A DNA stretch of 27,175 nt, taken from positions 1-27,175 of the IMG/VR virus record IMGVR_UViG_3300032373_001141; one strand, given 5' to 3'. A model generated the notes under the pieces. The model searched no databases. It was not told the origin of the DNA and saw only the letters and a list, made by a program, of their open reading frames with translations. Positions 23,428-27,175 of this stretch are shown here, piece after piece. The number at the start of each line of letters is the position of its first letter. Position 1 is the first letter of the stretch. This stretch comes from a virus (Duplodnaviria; Caudoviricetes). Position numbers and translations under genes: made by a program.

Positions 23428-23993
23428 GCCTGCCCACCATCCGAACCGGAATCATCAACGCCATGAGCACTGTCCAGGACATTGGACTGGTTCATGGATA
23501 TGAGCGGTACGCCTCGAAACAGAAAGATTTTCGGACCCTGTATCTCAATGGCCAGCAAGTCCTCGGCTGGTTTGTTCGCCGGGCTTCAACCCGGGAGCGG
23601 ACTTTTTCTGCTGGAGCCAATGAAATCACCCATCAATGGCAAATCCGGGGATATATGTCTCTTGATGATGAGCAGGAGAGCGAACTCACATTTGATGACC
23701 TGCTCGAATCCTTGCGCGCTGCTTTCAGAGATGATCCGACTCTTGGCGGCACGGTTGAAACAACCATCGTCAACAATGAGATTGGCCTTCAGATTGAAGA
23801 TACAGGACCGGTGATGTTTGCCGGGATCTTGTGCCATGGATGCCGGACAACTCTGAACACGCAGCACTACGAAAGCACCGAGGTCGTCGAACAGGGGGAG
23901 GTCAGCAACCTCTATGTCGGCCAGTCGCCGGATATCGGCACTGGCCATGAGCCCGATTATCAGGACGCGGTCACCGGGGAGCCACCGGTATGA
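23424..23993 (+). CDS. Putative tail terminator/completion protein
   Basis: TTG start after GGAGAGG, DPTLGG motif, position between neck and baseplate genes. Confidence 0.65.
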   Translation: MSLPTIRTGIINAMSTVQDIGLVHGYERYASKQKDFRTLYLNGQQVLGWFVRRASTRERTFSAGANEITHQWQIRGYMSLDDEQESELTFDDLLESLRAAFRDDPTLGGTVETTIVNNEIGLQIEDTGPVMFAGILCHGCRTTLNTQHYESTEVVEQGEVSNLYVGQSPDIGTGHEPDYQDAVTGEPPV

Positions 23994-24574
23994 TCGATCT
24001 TGAATTTGAAATCGCCGAACTGAATCGCCGGGTCGCCAATCTTCTCCGGGTTGGTTCGATCGTCGATACTGATTACGCCAATGCTCGCGCCCGCGTCACC
24101 ATCGGCGACATCACCACGGGCTGGCTGGATTTTATGACCCAGCGTGCCGGTGGCGATCGCACATGGTGGGCCCCGGAGATCGGCGAACAGGTCATGGTCC
24201 TGTCGCCGTCTGGAGATCTTGCCCAGGGTAAAATCCTGCCCGCCCTCTATTCGGCAGCCGCGCCAGCGCCAGCGGGCAGTCCGGACATTCACAAAGAGGT
24301 CCACGCGGACGGGTTTTCCGTAACCCATGACCGCGCCAACAAACGCACTGTTCTGGATGCCTGGGACAGTCAGGGAACCATCGAAATCCGGGCCAAGAAC
24401 ATCATCCTCAAAACCGGCGACGGCGGGTTCTACCACATTGACCATGCCGGTCTCGCCACCCGGATCACCCACCAAGGTGGCGTCAATTACGACAGCGAGA
24501 GCTGGCAGACCGGTGCCGTCGTGACCGGCATTCCTGATTATGGCCATAACCCGCCAGAAGTGGACATCCCATAG
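23990..24574 (+). CDS. Baseplate assembly protein V (P2 gpV-like spike)
   Basis: NLLRVGSI...RARV...TTGWL...RAG...WWAPEIGEQVMVLSPSGD OB-fold signature. Confidence 0.92.
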   Translation: MIDLEFEIAELNRRVANLLRVGSIVDTDYANARARVTIGDITTGWLDFMTQRAGGDRTWWAPEIGEQVMVLSPSGDLAQGKILPALYSAAAPAPAGSPDIHKEVHADGFSVTHDRANKRTVLDAWDSQGTIEIRAKNIILKTGDGGFYHIDHAGLATRITHQGGVNYDSESWQTGAVVTGIPDYGHNPPEVDIP

Positions 24575-24583
24575 GAGACCGAC

Positions 24584-24757
24584 ATGGATAAGAAGACCTA
24601 CACCATTAATCAGACAACGCCGGGGCTGGGGAAGGCCGGAGATTCCGTCGATATGACCGAACGCCAGGCGCGATATCTGCTCTTGTCCGGCGTCATCAGT
24701 GTGCCGGCACAAAAAACGCCGGCAACGAAAAAACCCTCGAAGGGTAAAAAAGGCTGA
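24584..24757 (+). CDS. Small virion-associated hypothetical protein (57 aa)
   Basis: Not in the ORF track. AGGAG RBS, GDSVDMTERQARYLLLSGVI, Lys-rich tail. Confidence 0.8.
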   Translation: MDKKTYTINQTTPGLGKAGDSVDMTERQARYLLLSGVISVPAQKTPATKKPSKGKKG

Positions 24758-24760
24758 TCA

Positions 24761-25102
24761 ATGTCAGTACGTGGCATGAATAATCTGAGTGGTACGGGTC
24801 TGGACGGGTTGAATCACCTGTTCCAGTCGATCCGCGATATTCTGACCACGCCGCTGGGTTCACGTGTCATGCGTCGGGAATATGGCTCGACCCTGTTTCA
24901 GCTGATCGACCGGCCCATGGCCCCCGATCTCCTGATTGAAATCTATGCCGCCGTCGCCGACGCCCTCGCCAAGTGGGAGCCACGGTTCCGGCTGAGTTAT
25001 GTGAAGGCCACATACGTTAAGGCCGGACGCCTGACCATTGATGTGCGCGGCCTTTATATCCCGGACGGTCGAGAAATCACGCTGGAGGGCGTCGTCGCAT
25101 GA
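24761..25102 (+). CDS. Baseplate wedge protein W (gpW/gp25 family)
   Basis: HLFQSIRDILTTPLGSRVMRREYGS...ALAKWEPR. Confidence 0.95.
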   Translation: MSVRGMNNLSGTGLDGLNHLFQSIRDILTTPLGSRVMRREYGSTLFQLIDRPMAPDLLIEIYAAVADALAKWEPRFRLSYVKATYVKAGRLTIDVRGLYIPDGREITLEGVVA

Positions 25103-25998
25103 CCGGCAAATTTGACGCTGTCGACCTGTCATTGGTTCCGGCCCCCGAAATCATCGATCCCCTGTCTTTCGAGACTATCCTGGCTGACCTGAAAATCGAT
25201 CTGGAAACGCGCGATCCGGCCTTCACCGCGCTGTTTCTGGAATCTGATCCGGCGACCAAACTGCTTGAGGTTTGCGCCTTTCGCGAACTGATAATTCGCC
25301 AGCGTGTCAATGACGCGGCGCGGGCCACCATGCTGGCCCACGCCACCGGGGCCGATCTGGATAATCTCGCCGCCCTGGTCAGCATCGCCCGCCAGGTTAT
25401 CGACCCCGGCAACCCGGCCGCCCTGCCGCCCGTTCCGGCGACCCTTGAATCCGACGACCGGTTGCGGACACGGGCCCAGTTGGCGATGGAGGGGATCAGT
25501 ACGGCCGGGCCGGAAGGGGCCTACATCTTTCACGCTGTCAGCGCGGATCCGCGCGTCGCCGATGTCGACGTGGCGTCGCCCGTTCCCGGCGCGGTCCAGG
25601 TTACGATCCTGTCGACGGACGGCGATGGCACGCCGGTTCAGGCGCTTCTGGATATCGTTAACGCGGCCTTAAACGACAAGAACACCCGACCGTTGACGGA
25701 TCAGGTTACGGTCCAGGCCGGTACCAGGATCGACTATCTGATCACGGCGGAACTGTTTCTCTATACTGGCCCGGACAGCGCCATCGTCCTGCAGTCCGCA
25801 ATTGCGTCGATCACGGCATTCGCCGCCGCCCAGAAGAAACTGGGCGAGCCGGTCACCATCGACGGGCTGCACAAGGCGCTCCGTGTGGAAGGTGTGCGGC
25901 GGGTCAATCTGATCGCCCCCGTGCTCGATATCCAGCCTGACGGCGCGCATTTCACAAACGCGACGGCCATTACGGTGACCATCGGGGTTGGACCATGA
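25099..25998 (+). CDS. Baseplate assembly protein J
   Basis: DLSLVPAPEII, LESDPATKLL, RQRVNDAARA, ESDDRLR, STAGPEGAY, RPLTDQV. Confidence 0.95.
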   Translation: MTGKFDAVDLSLVPAPEIIDPLSFETILADLKIDLETRDPAFTALFLESDPATKLLEVCAFRELIIRQRVNDAARATMLAHATGADLDNLAALVSIARQVIDPGNPAALPPVPATLESDDRLRTRAQLAMEGISTAGPEGAYIFHAVSADPRVADVDVASPVPGAVQVTILSTDGDGTPVQALLDIVNAALNDKNTRPLTDQVTVQAGTRIDYLITAELFLYTGPDSAIVLQSAIASITAFAAAQKKLGEPVTIDGLHKALRVEGVRRVNLIAPVLDIQPDGAHFTNATAITVTIGVGP

Positions 25999-26615
25999 GT
26001 CTGCTGCCACCCAACGCCACCAAACCCGAACAGGATATGGACGCCTCCATGGCGCGGCTGTCCGATATCCCGGTGCTGAATGGAACGACCTGGAACCCCG
26101 ACACCATCCCGGCCCATCTGTTGCCCTGGCTGGCCTGGGCGATGTCGGTGGATACCTGGAACCCGGCCTGGCCGGAATCGGTCAAACGCCAGGTTATCAG
26201 AATGTCGTTCGCCGTTCACCGGATCAAGGGAACGATCGGCGCACTGGAGCTGGCGCTCGACGCCCTGCAGCTGGACGGTGTCGCCGTTACCGAATGGTTT
26301 CAGAATGCACAAAATCCATACACGTTCTGGGTTGACGTGGAACTCTCGACGCGAGGGCTGTCGGATGCTGAAACCACCGAAATCACGGCTGTTATCGATC
26401 GGACCAAGAATGTCCGATCACATCTTTCTCAACTCAACATCTGGCTGACGTCCAAATCCACATCACCCGTTGTCGGCGCCTTGGCCATAGCCGGTGAGAT
26501 CGTTGAAGTGCAACCTTATTCAATCACGGAAGCGACGGCCGAAAATGCGGCGCCCGTTTATGCGGTCGGCGCCACTCTTGTCGAAACCGTTACCGTCAAC
26601 CCCTCCGGAGCCTGA
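25995..26615 (+). CDS. Tail protein I (P2 gpI-like)
   Basis: SLLPPNAT, WNPDTIPAHLLPWLAWAMSVDTW, HRIKGT, KNVRSHL. Confidence 0.95.
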   Translation: MSLLPPNATKPEQDMDASMARLSDIPVLNGTTWNPDTIPAHLLPWLAWAMSVDTWNPAWPESVKRQVIRMSFAVHRIKGTIGALELALDALQLDGVAVTEWFQNAQNPYTFWVDVELSTRGLSDAETTEITAVIDRTKNVRSHLSQLNIWLTSKSTSPVVGALAIAGEIVEVQPYSITEATAENAAPVYAVGATLVETVTVNPSGA

Positions 26616-26617
26616 CC

Positions 26618-27175
26618 ATGCCTGCTGAACAATTTTTTTCCCTTTTGACCACGGTCGGCGCGGCGCAGCTTTCCAATGCTGTTGCGTTAAGCCAGTCAAT
26701 CAACGTAACGGAGTTGGCGGTTGGCGATGGCGATCTGGGGGCCTATTACACGCCGACCGAAGCGCAAACCGTTCTGAAAAACGAGGTATTCCGGGGCACG
26801 ATCAACAACAAGTATATCCATTCGCAGAATGCCAACTGGGTTGTGTTCGAGTTGGCCATCCCCGCCGTCGAGGGTCCCTGGACTGTGCGTGAGGCTGGAA
26901 TTTTCGACAGCACCGGCAACATGATCGCCGTCGCCAAGATGCCGGAGACGTATAAACCGGCATTGGCGCAGGGTTCGGGTAAAGACCTGTTGATCAAGTT
27001 CATTCTGCAGACCTCGAATGCCGCGCAGATCAATCTCCTCGTCGATCCGAGCGTGGTTCTGGCCAGCCACCAAAAGGTTGCGGACGATATCGCCACCCAT
27101 TCCGCCGCGACCAATCCGCATCCGACCTATACGGTCCCGCAGGCCACCGAAACGCTGATCGGCAAGGTTGAGCTG
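26618..27175 (+). CDS. Tail fibre protein, N-terminal part (P2 gpH-like), truncated by the window end
   Basis: Not in the ORF track (no stop in window). MPAEQFFSLLTTVGAAQL...AVGDG...GPWTVREAGIFD...PETYKP...DPSVVLAS...HSAATNPHP. Confidence 0.93.
   Translation, partial: MPAEQFFSLLTTVGAAQLSNAVALSQSINVTELAVGDGDLGAYYTPTEAQTVLKNEVFRGTINNKYIHSQNANWVVFELAIPAVEGPWTVREAGIFDSTGNMIAVAKMPETYKPALAQGSGKDLLIKFILQTSNAAQINLLVDPSVVLASHQKVADDIATHSAATNPHPTYTVPQATETLIGKVEL

Larger units (their letters stand above)
1..27175 (+). mobile_element. Mu-like transposable (pro)phage, internal segment, with contractile-tail (P2-like) baseplate module
   Basis: Co-oriented MuA-like transposase, MuB-like ATPase, Gam, GemA, Mor/C, Mu gp26/gp27/terminase, MuF, Mu gpT-like capsid and baseplate V/W/J/I genes. 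No host genes and no phage ends in the window. Confidence 0.96.

Noticed and set aside
1-27175. CRISPR array, diversity-generating retroelement, invertase or mom module, and Mu end (TG...CA) repeats
   Set aside because: No repeat-spacer array, reverse transcriptase, invertase or terminal binding-site arrays were seen. Ends and any tail-fibre variation system would lie outside the window.

Overview
The whole window is an internal segment of a Mu-like (transposable) temperate myophage or prophage. The host is probably an alphaproteobacterium, inferred from gene style and a CtrA-type box. All credible protein genes are on the + strand. The early region runs: XRE regulator, ParB-like protein, MuA-type DDE transposase, MuB-type ATPase, HTH proteins, a DnaA-domain-IV protein, Gam, GemA, a C5 DNA methyltransferase with a nested second-frame subunit, small accessory ORFs, a second ParB-like protein and a Mor/C activator. 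Next is an unusual lysis-position cassette (L,D-transpeptidase-fold enzyme, lipoprotein, class-3 lipase). The late region has Mu gp25/26/27-like genes, terminase, portal, a MuF protein with a C-terminal nuclease-like (PBECR-type) domain, a fused protease-scaffold-capsid gene, an aberrant initiator-type tRNA, neck genes and a P2-like V-W-J-I-H baseplate/fibre block truncated at the window end. Neither phage end is visible. The most striking unexplained element is a 122-nt cloverleaf RNA on the minus strand with its own sigma70-type promoter. It converges exactly on the stop codon of the MuF-nuclease gene, where a protein immunity gene would be expected, making it a candidate tRNA-mimic RNA antitoxin. 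All family calls come from motif recognition by eye; no database searches were run.
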